The notes: generated by a model from the letters alone, not told the origin. A stretch of 32,000 nucleotides of DNA from Guillardia theta nucleomorph (GCA_000002975.1 AJ010592.2:30001-62000); one strand, 5' to 3'; positions 1 through 10,059 are shown, numbered from the stretch's first letter. Program-made: numbers and translations.

Positions 1-1062
1 AATGAAGACGCAGCCAATAATTATGCAAGAGGACATTATACTATTGGAAAAGAAATAATTGAAATAGCTTTGGATAGAATAAGAAAATTAGTAGAAAATT
101 GCTCAGGTTTACAGGGCTTCTTGATTTTTAATTCAGTTGGAGGTGGAACAGGTTCTGGTTTAGGCTCTTTATTGTTGGAAAGACTAAGTCTAGATTACGG
201 AAAAAAATCTAAGTTAGGCTTTACAGTTTACCCTTCGCCACAAGTTTCAACTGCCGTAGTAGAACCATATAACAGCGTTTTGGCAACACATTCTCTATTG
301 GAACACACTGATGTTGCAGTTGTTTTAGATAATGAAGCAATTTACGAAATATGCCAAAGATCTTTAAACATAGAAAGACCAACATATACAAATTTAAATA
401 GGCTTATTGCTCAGGTAATATCATCTATTACAGCATCCTTAAGGTTTGATGGGGCCTTGAATGTTGATATTACGGAATTTCAGACAAACTTGGTACCTTA
501 TCCAAGAATTCACTTCATGTTGTCATCTTTAGCACCAGTTATTTCTTTAGAAATGGCTAATCATGAACAATATTCAACTGCAGAAATAACTAACGCAGCA
601 TTTGAACCAAACTCTATGATGGCAAAATGTGATCCAAGAAGAGGTAAATATATGGCTTGTTGTTTAATGTTTAGAGGAGACGTTGCACCTAAAGATGTCA
701 ATGGGTCTGTTGCTGCAATAAAAACTAAAAAAACCATACAGTTTGTCGATTGGTGTCCAACTGGTTTCAAATGTGGAATAAATTATCAGCCTCCAACTGT
801 CGTTCCTGATGGTGATCTAGCAAAAGTTGATAGAGCAGTTTGTATGATATCAAACAGTACAGCGATTTCAGAAGTGTTTAGCAGAATAAACAAAAAATTT
901 GATTTAATGTATTCGAAGCGGGCTTTCGTCCATTGGTATGTGGGCGAAGGAATGGAGGAAGGAGAATTCAATGAAGCTAGAGAAGATATGGCGGCACTTG
1001 AGAAGGATTATGAAGAAGTAGGATCCGAAAGTCAAGATTTAATTAGTAATTCATTCTTTTGA
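1..1062 (+). CDS. tubA: alpha-tubulin (5' truncated by window edge)
   Basis: Frame 1 is open from base 1 ([17 protein letters not shown]). It contains [27 protein letters not shown] and [17 protein letters not shown]; stop TGA at 1060-1062. Confidence 0.98.
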   Translation, partial: NEDAANNYARGHYTIGKEIIEIALDRIRKLVENCSGLQGFLIFNSVGGGTGSGLGSLLLERLSLDYGKKSKLGFTVYPSPQVSTAVVEPYNSVLATHSLLEHTDVAVVLDNEAIYEICQRSLNIERPTYTNLNRLIAQVISSITASLRFDGALNVDITEFQTNLVPYPRIHFMLSSLAPVISLEMANHEQYSTAEITNAAFEPNSMMAKCDPRRGKYMACCLMFRGDVAPKDVNGSVAAIKTKKTIQFVDWCPTGFKCGINYQPPTVVPDGDLAKVDRAVCMISNSTAISEVFSRINKKFDLMYSKRAFVHWYVGEGMEEGEFNEAREDMAALEKDYEEVGSESQDLISNSFF

Positions 1063-1309
1063 AAATAAAATCACGAATAAAATTGTAATGGCATTTTAAA
1101 GCTATTTTATTTAAAAATTTTGGGTATAAAATTAAAATTTTAACAAAATAAGATCTTAATGTAAAAACTCTTTTTTTAATTGTGAAAATTTTTCGAAATT
1201 TTGACTTAAGATTTTTGTTTACAAAATTCTTTTTACTAAAGTTTAAAAAAAGTTTTTTAATAGAATAGATTTTAAGTTATATCGAATTTTACATTTATTA
1301 AAATCAAAT

Positions 1310-3190
1310 TCAATATATTTTCTTTCTAAAAAAATTTTCTATTATAAAACCTTGAAATAAAATGTTGAAAAAATTGAGTTTAAATATTTTCCCAAAATTA
1401 TTTGTTAAATCATCTCTTTTATTGTATTTAAATAAAAATTTATTATCACAGAAGATAAGAGATTTCGAATTATAAAGAAAAAGGTAACCAGTTTTGTTCT
1501 CAATATTTTGAAAGTTTCGAATTTCGATGTTTGTTTTTGGATTAATATTACTACAAATCAAAAAGTTAAAATAATTTACTTGATTAAGAAAAACATAAGA
1601 ATTTTCTTTAATAAAACAATAATTTAGAATATAAGAATACAGAATCAATTCTAAATCTTTTGTAAATTCAAAATTTTTTATTTTTATATTTAAAAATATT
1701 TCTTTTGATATTGAACTTATTTTGATAAGCTCCATATATTCACTGAAACTTTTAAACAAAGGATTAAATCTTAATTTGCTTTGTTTTGGATAGAATAAAT
1801 TTTGAGTAAATAAGATTTTTTTTCTAGATAAATAATAATTTAATTTTTCATTAAAGTGCACGGAACTATTTCTCAATCTGAAATATTCTTTATTATTATC
1901 TTTGAAATTCAAATTATAATTATTTAAAAAGAAAAAATCATTAAAAACACAATCTTTTTTTTCACTACATAAAAAAATATCATTTAACGTAGATTTTTTG
2001 GACAATTTTGCTTTATAAAAATTTATATATTTTCTTAAAAAACTAAATTTTAATTCATATTTTTTATCTGAATAAGTTTTTTTAAATATTGTTAACATAT
2101 TTTTTTTTTTTTCATGATCAAAAAGATTCATCTTAATCAAGTTAAATTGGTAAATAAAACCATCTAAATATGTAAGCTTACAACAATTATTATTATGAAT
2201 TTTCATAACAAAGAAAAAACCTAAATCAATATCGATTTTTGATTTTTTATTTTTCTCCAATAAATTAGTATCTAAAATATCAAAATCATTACTAGTATTA
2301 AATGAAAGATTATTCGATAATGTTTCAAAAAAATAACTTTTATCGAAGTTTGTATAATTTTTAATTTTTTCGATATTCACAAGGAATAAAAATACAAAAT
2401 ACTTATGTTCAGATGTTTTATTTTTATACTTGCGAAAAAAATTGTTACTATTTAAGGAATTATAATAATATTTTTCAGGATATATTTCTTTTTTTTCTAT
2501 AAAAACAGTATTTTTATTTGTAATTTTGTTGTTTCTAGCACTATTTGATAGATCGAATATTTGGTTCTGGTTAATATTATTTAACAAAAATCTGAATAAA
2601 AAAATTAAAATCGAAAATAAATAAAATTTTATGTTTTTTTTGTAGTTTACTAAATTATCGTGATCTAAATTATTTTTTTTTAAAAAAAAATCAAAAAAGG
2701 TTATTAAATTTAATATAAAGCAATTGATTTTTATCTTGTTATAAAAATACTTTGTAAATTTAGAAAAAAATAGCTCAATTGTTATGAAAATGTGACAAAA
2801 ATAATTGATTTTATATATACAAATTGGATTAAAAAGATAAAAAGCTTTAATAAAATAGGTGAATTTTTTAATGAAAATTATTAAAGAGTTGTCAAATGAA
2901 TCAGTTTTAATTTTTCTTTTCTTTTCACATTTTCTTTTTTTATATTTTATTATTAAATTGATTTTCTTTTTTTTTTTTTTATATAAATTATACACCTTAT
3001 TTTCTTTAGAAAAAATTGTAAATCTAATAAAGATATCTTTTTTTTTAATTATTTTGTAATTAAATTTCTTAAAAAGTTTTTTTTTTATACTACCAAAGTT
3101 TTTAATATTTTTCTCAAATTGATTTGTTTTCCTATAAAACCAACTTTTATGTTTTCTAGTTGAAAAATTATGTTGTTTTTTTTCAATCAT
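1310..3190 (-). CDS. hypothetical protein, 626 aa, K/N/F/I-rich orphan
   Basis: Long ATG-initiated ORF in very AT-rich DNA, filling the space between recognised genes. No motif recognised. Confidence 0.75.
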   Translation of the reverse strand: MIEKKQHNFSTRKHKSWFYRKTNQFEKNIKNFGSIKKKLFKKFNYKIIKKKDIFIRFTIFSKENKVYNLYKKKKKKINLIIKYKKRKCEKKRKIKTDSFDNSLIIFIKKFTYFIKAFYLFNPICIYKINYFCHIFITIELFFSKFTKYFYNKIKINCFILNLITFFDFFLKKNNLDHDNLVNYKKNIKFYLFSILIFLFRFLLNNINQNQIFDLSNSARNNKITNKNTVFIEKKEIYPEKYYYNSLNSNNFFRKYKNKTSEHKYFVFLFLVNIEKIKNYTNFDKSYFFETLSNNLSFNTSNDFDILDTNLLEKNKKSKIDIDLGFFFVMKIHNNNCCKLTYLDGFIYQFNLIKMNLFDHEKKKNMLTIFKKTYSDKKYELKFSFLRKYINFYKAKLSKKSTLNDIFLCSEKKDCVFNDFFFLNNYNLNFKDNNKEYFRLRNSSVHFNEKLNYYLSRKKILFTQNLFYPKQSKLRFNPLFKSFSEYMELIKISSISKEIFLNIKIKNFEFTKDLELILYSYILNYCFIKENSYVFLNQVNYFNFLICSNINPKTNIEIRNFQNIENKTGYLFLYNSKSLIFCDNKFLFKYNKRDDLTNNFGKIFKLNFFNILFQGFIIENFFRKKIY

Positions 3191-3245
3191 TCTTCTCCTA
3201 TAAATAAAATTGTAATTTTTAATAAAATTATTTATATTGTTTTTT

Positions 3246-3974
3246 ATGAAAATTAATACAATTACAGTATTTTATATCAAACCATTTTTTATTGTTAAAT
3301 CAATTAATAGTTTCTTAAGTATAAGAAATAATTATAGAATTCAAGGAATAATTTTTAATTTTAAAGAAAATACTAAAACAGAAATAATAATTCTATGCTT
3401 GTCAAATGAAGAAATTTTTTTACTAATTGAATTAAATTTGATTAGTTTGTTTTTTATTACATCAAACAAAACTATTAAAAAAAAAGACAACAAGAATAAT
3501 TTTTCATATACAAAACCCGTAACAAGAAAATGTGGGATTTTTTTTTTTAATAAATTACATAATTGGAGATTTTTCAAGATAATATTAAAAAAAATTCGCA
3601 ACTTAAAAAAAAAATTAAACAAATTTAATCATAATATATTAAATTGTTCTTTAAATATAATTGCGATTAAAAAACTAAATTCTGTGAAATTTCACAAATA
3701 TACAGTCTTCAAAGACTTATGGAAAAAAGGTTTTACTATAGTATGCGGCTATAAATTTGGTGGAACTTATTTGGCATATGCCAACAAACTAGAAAAAGTA
3801 CATTCTTACGTCATGGTTTTGGTATGTCTTTCTTATGAATATTTTAAAACAATTGAAATAGTATCTTTAGGTAGATTATCGTGTAGCACAAAAAAAATAG
3901 GGATAATTTCTACAATCAATTTAGAATTCTATCCGATATATTTTGGAATACGATGGAAATCTGAATTACCCTAG
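3246..3974 (+). CDS. sen34: tRNA-splicing endonuclease catalytic subunit, Sen34-like
   Basis: VFKDLWKKGFTIVCGYKFGGTYLAY..VHS..GRLSCSTKK matches the EndA/Sen34 catalytic domain with Tyr/His/Lys triad candidates. First ATG is at 3246; the track starts at TTG 3237. Confidence 0.88.
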   Translation: MKINTITVFYIKPFFIVKSINSFLSIRNNYRIQGIIFNFKENTKTEIIILCLSNEEIFLLIELNLISLFFITSNKTIKKKDNKNNFSYTKPVTRKCGIFFFNKLHNWRFFKIILKKIRNLKKKLNKFNHNILNCSLNIIAIKKLNSVKFHKYTVFKDLWKKGFTIVCGYKFGGTYLAYANKLEKVHSYVMVLVCLSYEYFKTIEIVSLGRLSCSTKKIGIISTINLEFYPIYFGIRWKSELP

Positions 3975-4033
3975 CTAAACTTGAAATCAAAAGTAGATTT
4001 AAAGTATAATAATAAAACTATTTTATTATCAAT

Positions 4034-4417
4034 ATGGTTAATTATACGTCTACTAACTATGGACATTTTAGAAAAAAATGGAAAAATTTAGTTATTACAA
4101 ATTTCAATCAACCAATTTTGAAAATCAAAAGAAGAAAAATACGAAAAAATAAAAAAAAAAATTTTCTTAAAAAGGCTATTTTTTATAAAAAGCTTAAGCC
4201 ATTGGTAAAGTGTCCAACTAGAATGCATAATACTAAAATCAAGCTTGGAAGAGGTTTTTCTATACAAGAAATTAAAAAATCGATGATAAAATTAAAAACT
4301 GCAACTTCTTATGGTATCTCTATCGATAAAAGAAGAAAAAAAAGCAATATATTAGAATCAAACAATATAATTAGATTGAACAAACTTTATAACTTGTATA
4401 CAAAAGTTAAAGAGTAA
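4034..4417 (+). CDS. rpl13: 60S ribosomal protein L13 (eL13), C-terminally short
   Basis: HFRKKW, FNQP, LKPLVKCPTRMHNTKIKLGRGFS and GISIDKRR motifs. Confidence 0.95.
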   Translation: MVNYTSTNYGHFRKKWKNLVITNFNQPILKIKRRKIRKNKKKNFLKKAIFYKKLKPLVKCPTRMHNTKIKLGRGFSIQEIKKSMIKLKTATSYGISIDKRRKKSNILESNNIIRLNKLYNLYTKVKE

Positions 4418-4492
4418 TGATATTTAAAATCAAATTAATTGAAAATATGGTTTAAGATAATATGCATGTTGTCATTTCAATGAATAATTTTT

Positions 4493-6340
4493 CTAACTAA
4501 ACAATTTTCTTCCATGATATAAGACCCATTTAATATCTATAGATGAACAAAATTTTATATAGTTTTTCTTTGAGATCCACAATTCATAATAAGTGCAAAA
4601 CTTGGTATAATTAGTATTAACTAATGAGGAAGGATGAATTTCAACGATTAATTCAGATAAAATTTCAATATATTTATAATTTTCTCTATTAAATCTTGCT
4701 AAATTTAGGAAAGTTCCGGAACATATGTAAAATACTAAATCTTTATTATAGTTGATTATTTTAAAATCTTTTTTAACATTAAATCTAAATTTTTCGATAT
4801 TTCTATTTGTGATTTCATTTAATTGAGATTTAATTCTCTTAACGAAGTTAAAAAAGTCCAGATGATTTTGTTGAATCAAAATTTCATCAGAAAACAAATT
4901 ATAAAGATTGTATAAAAAAGAAAAATCGTCTTTAATGTAACTAGTACTTTTATTTTTTCTCGATAATAAATTTGAATATTCAAAAGGATAGTATCCTAGT
5001 GCAAGAAATGAAATGCAACTCAATATCTTGTCTTTTAATCTAATATTATTAGATTTAAATGTTTCGATTATTATTTTTGATAATTTAATATCTAAGGGAA
5101 ATTGAATCATAATGTATCCAAACAAAGTTATCTTTATTCGTTTAGAAATTGCATTCATTATATACAAAATTTCAATAGACCTAATTAAAATTTTTTTTGC
5201 AGGGTATGATATGAGATCAAGCTTTTTAAAAAAAAATTCTCCTAGTTTTAAAATTTTTAATATAAAATTCGATAAGTTTGTTTTTTGAATTTCTGGCTTC
5301 GAAAAAGATTTTAAATTTTTGTAACTAAAATAAGTGTATATTCTGTAGCAAATTCCATTATAATCTCTTCCAGATCTACCAGACCTTTGTTTTGCTTCAC
5401 TTTTAGAAATTGGAAGAGTTTTTAAAAACTCAAAACCACATTTAAAGTTAGTAATTTTTTGTTTACTTAAGCCAGAATCTATAACATAATAAATTCCTTT
5501 TATTGTTATACTTGTTTCTGACAAATTAGTAGACAGTACGATTTTTCTTTTTTGAGATAAATCTTGACTAATAATTTTAATTTGATTTTTAATTGGTAGT
5601 AGACTATGTAATATAAGTATATATATTTTTTCAGAAAATCTATAAAAAATTTCATTTAATGTATTTTTTACTCGATAAATTTCATAAAGACCTGGAAGAA
5701 ATACCAAAATATTTTCATTAACAGATTTTGTAAAATGTATTTCTGATATTAAAGAAATTATTGCAAGAATATAATTACTTTGAGGCTCTTTAGAATAAAA
5801 AATTTCTATTCTAAATTTTCTTCCTGGAATTTTTAATTTAATTATATCCTTCTTAAAATAATTGCTTATCACATTTGAATTTAGAGTAGCAGAGAGAAAA
5901 ATAATTTTTATTTTTTTTTTAGAAATAATTATCTGTCTAATCAAAGATATGAGTAGATCTGTATTAAGTGTTCTTTCATGAAACTCATCAATAATTATGC
6001 AGTCAAATTCTAATTGAAAGTTTTTCGATAAAATTTCATTAACAATTGTACCATCAGTCATATAGTGAATTTTTGTTTGATTATTTATGTTATTTTCAAA
6101 TCTAACTTTATATCCAGACATATTTGTGCTCTCTGCGAGTTTATTGACATAATTTGAAGCACTGATTGCAGATATTCTTTTTGTTTCACTTATTAGAATT
6201 TTATTGAAAAAATTTTTTGTTATTAAAAGATATGGCAAATAACATGTCTTACCTGACCCAGTCTCAGAAATTAATATAAGAATATCACAATTAGAAATAC
6301 ATTTTATAATTATTCCGAATTCGTTTACTATGGAATTCAT
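4493..6340 (-). CDS. DEAH-box RNA helicase (Prp22/Prp43/Dhr2-like)
   Basis: ETGSGKT, GYKVRFE, TDG, DEFHERT, SATL, LVFLPG, STNLSETSITI and QRSGRSGR motifs, plus a C-terminal IHPSS OB-fold segment. The paralog cannot be assigned by eye. Confidence 0.92.
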   Translation of the reverse strand: MNSIVNEFGIIIKCISNCDILILISETGSGKTCYLPYLLITKNFFNKILISETKRISAISASNYVNKLAESTNMSGYKVRFENNINNQTKIHYMTDGTIVNEILSKNFQLEFDCIIIDEFHERTLNTDLLISLIRQIIISKKKIKIIFLSATLNSNVISNYFKKDIIKLKIPGRKFRIEIFYSKEPQSNYILAIISLISEIHFTKSVNENILVFLPGLYEIYRVKNTLNEIFYRFSEKIYILILHSLLPIKNQIKIISQDLSQKRKIVLSTNLSETSITIKGIYYVIDSGLSKQKITNFKCGFEFLKTLPISKSEAKQRSGRSGRDYNGICYRIYTYFSYKNLKSFSKPEIQKTNLSNFILKILKLGEFFFKKLDLISYPAKKILIRSIEILYIMNAISKRIKITLFGYIMIQFPLDIKLSKIIIETFKSNNIRLKDKILSCISFLALGYYPFEYSNLLSRKNKSTSYIKDDFSFLYNLYNLFSDEILIQQNHLDFFNFVKRIKSQLNEITNRNIEKFRFNVKKDFKIINYNKDLVFYICSGTFLNLARFNRENYKYIEILSELIVEIHPSSLVNTNYTKFCTYYELWISKKNYIKFCSSIDIKWVLYHGRKLFS

Positions 6341-6379
6341 ATTATTAATTTATGTTTCGGGTTATTAATTAAATTATAA

Positions 6380-9196
6380 ATGATTTCTTCGAATTATGCC
6401 AAGGTTGTTATTCATGGAAATTATGGAATTAAAATAAAAAATTTATCAAATTTAATTAATCACGTAACTGATTTTAAAATATTATTTTTTTTGCTAACAA
6501 GAGTATTAAAAAGAAAAAAAAACTTTATTTTATATGTTAAAAAAAAATTTGAGAATAGCAAAATTTTTTATTTATGGGAACAATTAAGAAAAGACTTGAT
6601 TCAATTAAATTACTTGAAAATTGGATATACATCTGAATTAACTGAGCAAATTTTGAAAGAAATTGCAAAAAATTTTATGTATGGAACTAATCTTGATAAT
6701 ATAAAAAAATCTTTAAATATGAATTCTAAAGAAATTAACCATTTTTTGAATAATTTGTTAAATTTAAATTTGATTCAAAAGAGGAAAATTTATAGTCAAT
6801 CAAATAATAAAAATATATTTTACATAGCAAAGACATCGATAAAACATAAAGAATATGAAAAAATTAACACGATAAATAATCAAGATGAATTTTTAAGTCA
6901 AGATGACCATATAATTATTAGGAATTTGTTACAATTTTTACTGAGAACTAAAAATAATTTTGACAATCAAAAAATCGTAAAATATGGTTTAATGTATTCA
7001 AATATTTTAAATTTATACGAAAAGAGACAAATTCATAGATTGTGGCAGAAAATAAAGAAAAAACTATCTAAATCTGGAATATTAAAAACAAATACATATA
7101 TCAATAAAAATTATAATAATTTCAATTTAAATCTAAAAAATCAAAACTTTTTTAAAAGAAGATTCCCAAAAAAAAATTTTAATACTTTGATTAAAAATAA
7201 AAAAACATTGAATGAATTAAAGTTATTTTTTAAAAGTAATATTAAAATGATAGTCGAAAATATTAATTGTTTTTATTCCAAAAAGGGTTATAATTCTCCT
7301 TTTCTTAGAGACAAAATGAATGGATTTATAAATAAAAAAATTATTGAAAAATTTTTTTCTGAAATGGTCAATTTTAATTATTATCAAAAGATAATTGAAC
7401 AAAAAGGAAGACAAAGAATTATTAAATATCAGTTATTAGAACCAAAAGATTTTGAAATTTATGAGAAAAAATCATATTACAAAAATTTTAGCATTCAATT
7501 TTTCCTTAGAATTAAAACAGTTCTTGAATGGATAAAAAACAAAGTTATTTTATTAAAAGATTTAAGCAGAAAACTTGCAATTCATGAACAAAAAGGTTTA
7601 AGTAGAATAGATTCTAAAGTAATAAAAAAAATTTTATATGTTTTGATTAAAAAAAAAAAAATAAAAATAGTCAAATTAAAAATTACCACTAAAAAAACAA
7701 AAAATAGATATTTTGACATTATATTGAAGCCAAGTTTTGAAATAAAAAACCTTAAAAATATTTTCGAAAATGTATTTATCACTTCTGTTTATGAAAAAAA
7801 AGACCATATAAAGAAATATTCAAAAAATTTATCAAACGTTAAATTTTTTCAAAAATTTAATTTATTTTTTTCTAAAATTGTTTTTCTTAATTACAGAATT
7901 TTTTTTTTTGTGAAATTCAAAAATACAATTCATATTAAAAAAAAATATAAAAGATTATCAAAGTATAAATATATTCGACTCAGTATATTTAATATATTAA
8001 ATAAAATTAAAAAGTTTACTGAAATTTTTTTTTTAAAATTTGAAAAACAAAATATTCTGAATAGGAAAAAAAAGATATTTACTATTATATATAAAATTTA
8101 TATATATTCAAATTTATATCTCGAATTTATAAAATTTTATAAAAATTTTAAAATATTGATTTTTTCAACTGGTTCTTACCGAAAAAAATTTTTTAAACTA
8201 TCAATTAACACTGAAAATTTCATACAATTTAAAAACTGGAGTTCTGAAATTGATATTTATTTACTTAATAAGTATATTTATTCTTGGTCACGAAAAAACG
8301 ATAATATTAGCTTTTTTAAATCTAAAAAAAATATTAAACTCAATCGAAGAACGAAATCGAATCTTTCTATATCAAATGTAAAATCACTAAGACTTTTAGA
8401 ATTAAATTTATTGGATATCACAACTAAATTAATCAATAAAAGTTTTTGTACATCTGATTGGACAAAAAGATCAATGGAATTACCTATTGACTATCTAACG
8501 TTTTATTTAAATTTTATTTGTTTTTCAGAATTCAATTTTGATAAAGATTCAGAAAAATTTTTTTTGAAAAAATGTTCAAATATTATTAAGAGTAATTTGA
8601 AGTTCTTCTTCACCTTAACAGAAGATGAAAAGCTAATTTTACACACCTTTGGAAAATTGAAATTAAATTTATTTATTTTATTTAGTAGATTATTTCTGAA
8701 AAATATTTTTTATATGAAGACAAATAATCAAGATTTAGGAAGAAAAATTTTGGTAAAAACCTTTCAAAGATTCATACTTGAAATTTTTGGATTTTATCCG
8801 TTTTTCTTAATTAAAAATCAAATAAAATTCAAATTTAATATAGCAAATCAAACCATCAGCCTTAATAACTTGTATTCTAGATATCTGTCTAAATATTATT
8901 TCTATAATTATTGGGAATTTACTTTAAATCAAAAAACATTTAATTGTATAAACAATATAAAATCTGTCGAGAGAGACTCTTTTAAAAAATTTCGCAACAT
9001 ATCTTACAAAGTTTTGAATATGATTGGAAAATTTAAAAACCTAAATTTAATTCTAATAGGAAATATTGAAAAAAAAATTGGAGTATTGAAGCGTAACATC
9101 AAAATTTCAAATTCATCATATTTAAATTTAAGAATAGAAGAATTATTTTTAATTCCCAGAAACTTATCATGTTTTTTTTCTCGAAATAGTCTTTAG
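6380..9196 (+). CDS. probable divergent TFIIIC B-box-binding subunit (Tfc3/tau138/GTF3C1)
   Basis: Winged-helix-like ILKEIAK..GTNLDNIKKSLNMNSKEINHFLNNLLNLNLI, EQKGRQRIIKY (cf. recalled human EDEGRQRTTKY) and RIDSKVIKKILYVL (cf. plant MDRKTLDRIL), in the expected order. Confidence 0.68.
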   Translation: MISSNYAKVVIHGNYGIKIKNLSNLINHVTDFKILFFLLTRVLKRKKNFILYVKKKFENSKIFYLWEQLRKDLIQLNYLKIGYTSELTEQILKEIAKNFMYGTNLDNIKKSLNMNSKEINHFLNNLLNLNLIQKRKIYSQSNNKNIFYIAKTSIKHKEYEKINTINNQDEFLSQDDHIIIRNLLQFLLRTKNNFDNQKIVKYGLMYSNILNLYEKRQIHRLWQKIKKKLSKSGILKTNTYINKNYNNFNLNLKNQNFFKRRFPKKNFNTLIKNKKTLNELKLFFKSNIKMIVENINCFYSKKGYNSPFLRDKMNGFINKKIIEKFFSEMVNFNYYQKIIEQKGRQRIIKYQLLEPKDFEIYEKKSYYKNFSIQFFLRIKTVLEWIKNKVILLKDLSRKLAIHEQKGLSRIDSKVIKKILYVLIKKKKIKIVKLKITTKKTKNRYFDIILKPSFEIKNLKNIFENVFITSVYEKKDHIKKYSKNLSNVKFFQKFNLFFSKIVFLNYRIFFFVKFKNTIHIKKKYKRLSKYKYIRLSIFNILNKIKKFTEIFFLKFEKQNILNRKKKIFTIIYKIYIYSNLYLEFIKFYKNFKILIFSTGSYRKKFFKLSINTENFIQFKNWSSEIDIYLLNKYIYSWSRKNDNISFFKSKKNIKLNRRTKSNLSISNVKSLRLLELNLLDITTKLINKSFCTSDWTKRSMELPIDYLTFYLNFICFSEFNFDKDSEKFFLKKCSNIIKSNLKFFFTLTEDEKLILHTFGKLKLNLFILFSRLFLKNIFYMKTNNQDLGRKILVKTFQRFILEIFGFYPFFLIKNQIKFKFNIANQTISLNNLYSRYLSKYYFYNYWEFTLNQKTFNCINNIKSVERDSFKKFRNISYKVLNMIGKFKNLNLILIGNIEKKIGVLKRNIKISNSSYLNLRIEELFLIPRNLSCFFSRNSL

Positions 9197-9254
9197 AAAT
9201 AGTTTTCATTTTTGTTATTTTCTTCCGATTTATTATTTTTTATAATATCATTAA

Positions 9255-9644
9255 TTATAGTTCAGCATTTTTATTTTTAAAATAATCATTTGAAAAATTT
9301 TTTTTTTTTTTTTTTTTAACAAGTGTTATTTTATTGAGGAAACTTTGAATATTTTTTCGGTTTTCAAAAATTAATTTAGGATCTTTAAAAAACTTTTCAA
9401 GATATATATTATTTAAAAGATCGTTTATATTTATCTTTTCTCTATTATTTAACCAAGATGACTCAATTGCAAAACGACAAATTTTTTTCAAAAAAAAATT
9501 TATACAAAAATTGAAAATTTTTTTAAATTCTTCATGAAAGTGAAGGTTCATTTTTAAATTGCTTTTTTTTTCGATTAAATTTTCAAGCTTAATTCTTAAA
9601 AAATCAGCAAACACATTTGCCATAGTTTCGCAATTATGATACAT
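9255..9644 (-). CDS. small histone-fold protein (NF-Y/NC2/TAF-like)
   Basis: EEFKKIFNFCINFFLKKICRFAIESSWLNNREKININDLL fits the alpha2-loop-alpha3 pattern of histone folds (R..I...D). Confidence 0.55.
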   Translation of the reverse strand: MYHNCETMANVFADFLRIKLENLIEKKSNLKMNLHFHEEFKKIFNFCINFFLKKICRFAIESSWLNNREKININDLLNNIYLEKFFKDPKLIFENRKNIQSFLNKITLVKKKKKKNFSNDYFKNKNAEL

Positions 9645-9702
9645 ATAGTCAATTATTCTTTATTATTTGAAAATTATAGGACACCTGTTAATTACTTGAC
9701 AT

Positions 9703-10059
9703 ATGAGACGACATAATATTGAAATCGGGAGATTCGTAAAAATTAGATACGGTCATCAAATTAATAGTATAGGAGTGATAATTGATATAATAGACAATAA
9801 TAGATGTTTAATTGATGGATATTCAGGAAGACAAGTGATAAATTCTAATCGTATAATACCCACTTATTTAAAAATCCAAATCAATAGAAATATAAAATCA
9901 AAAAAATTAAATCAGATTTTATTAAATGATTCGATTTTGTTAAAAGTTTCAAAATTAAAATTTATGATAATAAATAAAATTAATCAAGAAAAAGACAAAT
10001 TCAATGATTTCGAAGCGTTTAAATTTTTAATTGGAAAAAAATTTAAGTCATGTAAATAA
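9703..10059 (+). CDS. rpl14: 60S ribosomal protein L14 (eL14)
   Basis: IEIGRFVKIRYG, VIIDIIDNNRCLIDG (KOW) and FNDFEAFK motifs. Confidence 0.93.
   Translation: MRRHNIEIGRFVKIRYGHQINSIGVIIDIIDNNRCLIDGYSGRQVINSNRIIPTYLKIQINRNIKSKKLNQILLNDSILLKVSKLKFMIINKINQEKDKFNDFEAFKFLIGKKFKSCK

Noticed and set aside
561-971. Two short minus-strand ORFs (561-770, 786-971)
   Set aside because: Antisense shadows of alpha-tubulin.
4418-4492. Possible snoRNA in the 75-bp convergent spacer
   Set aside because: A C-box-like ATGATA overlaps the rpl13 stop, but there is no D box (CTGA) or terminal stem.
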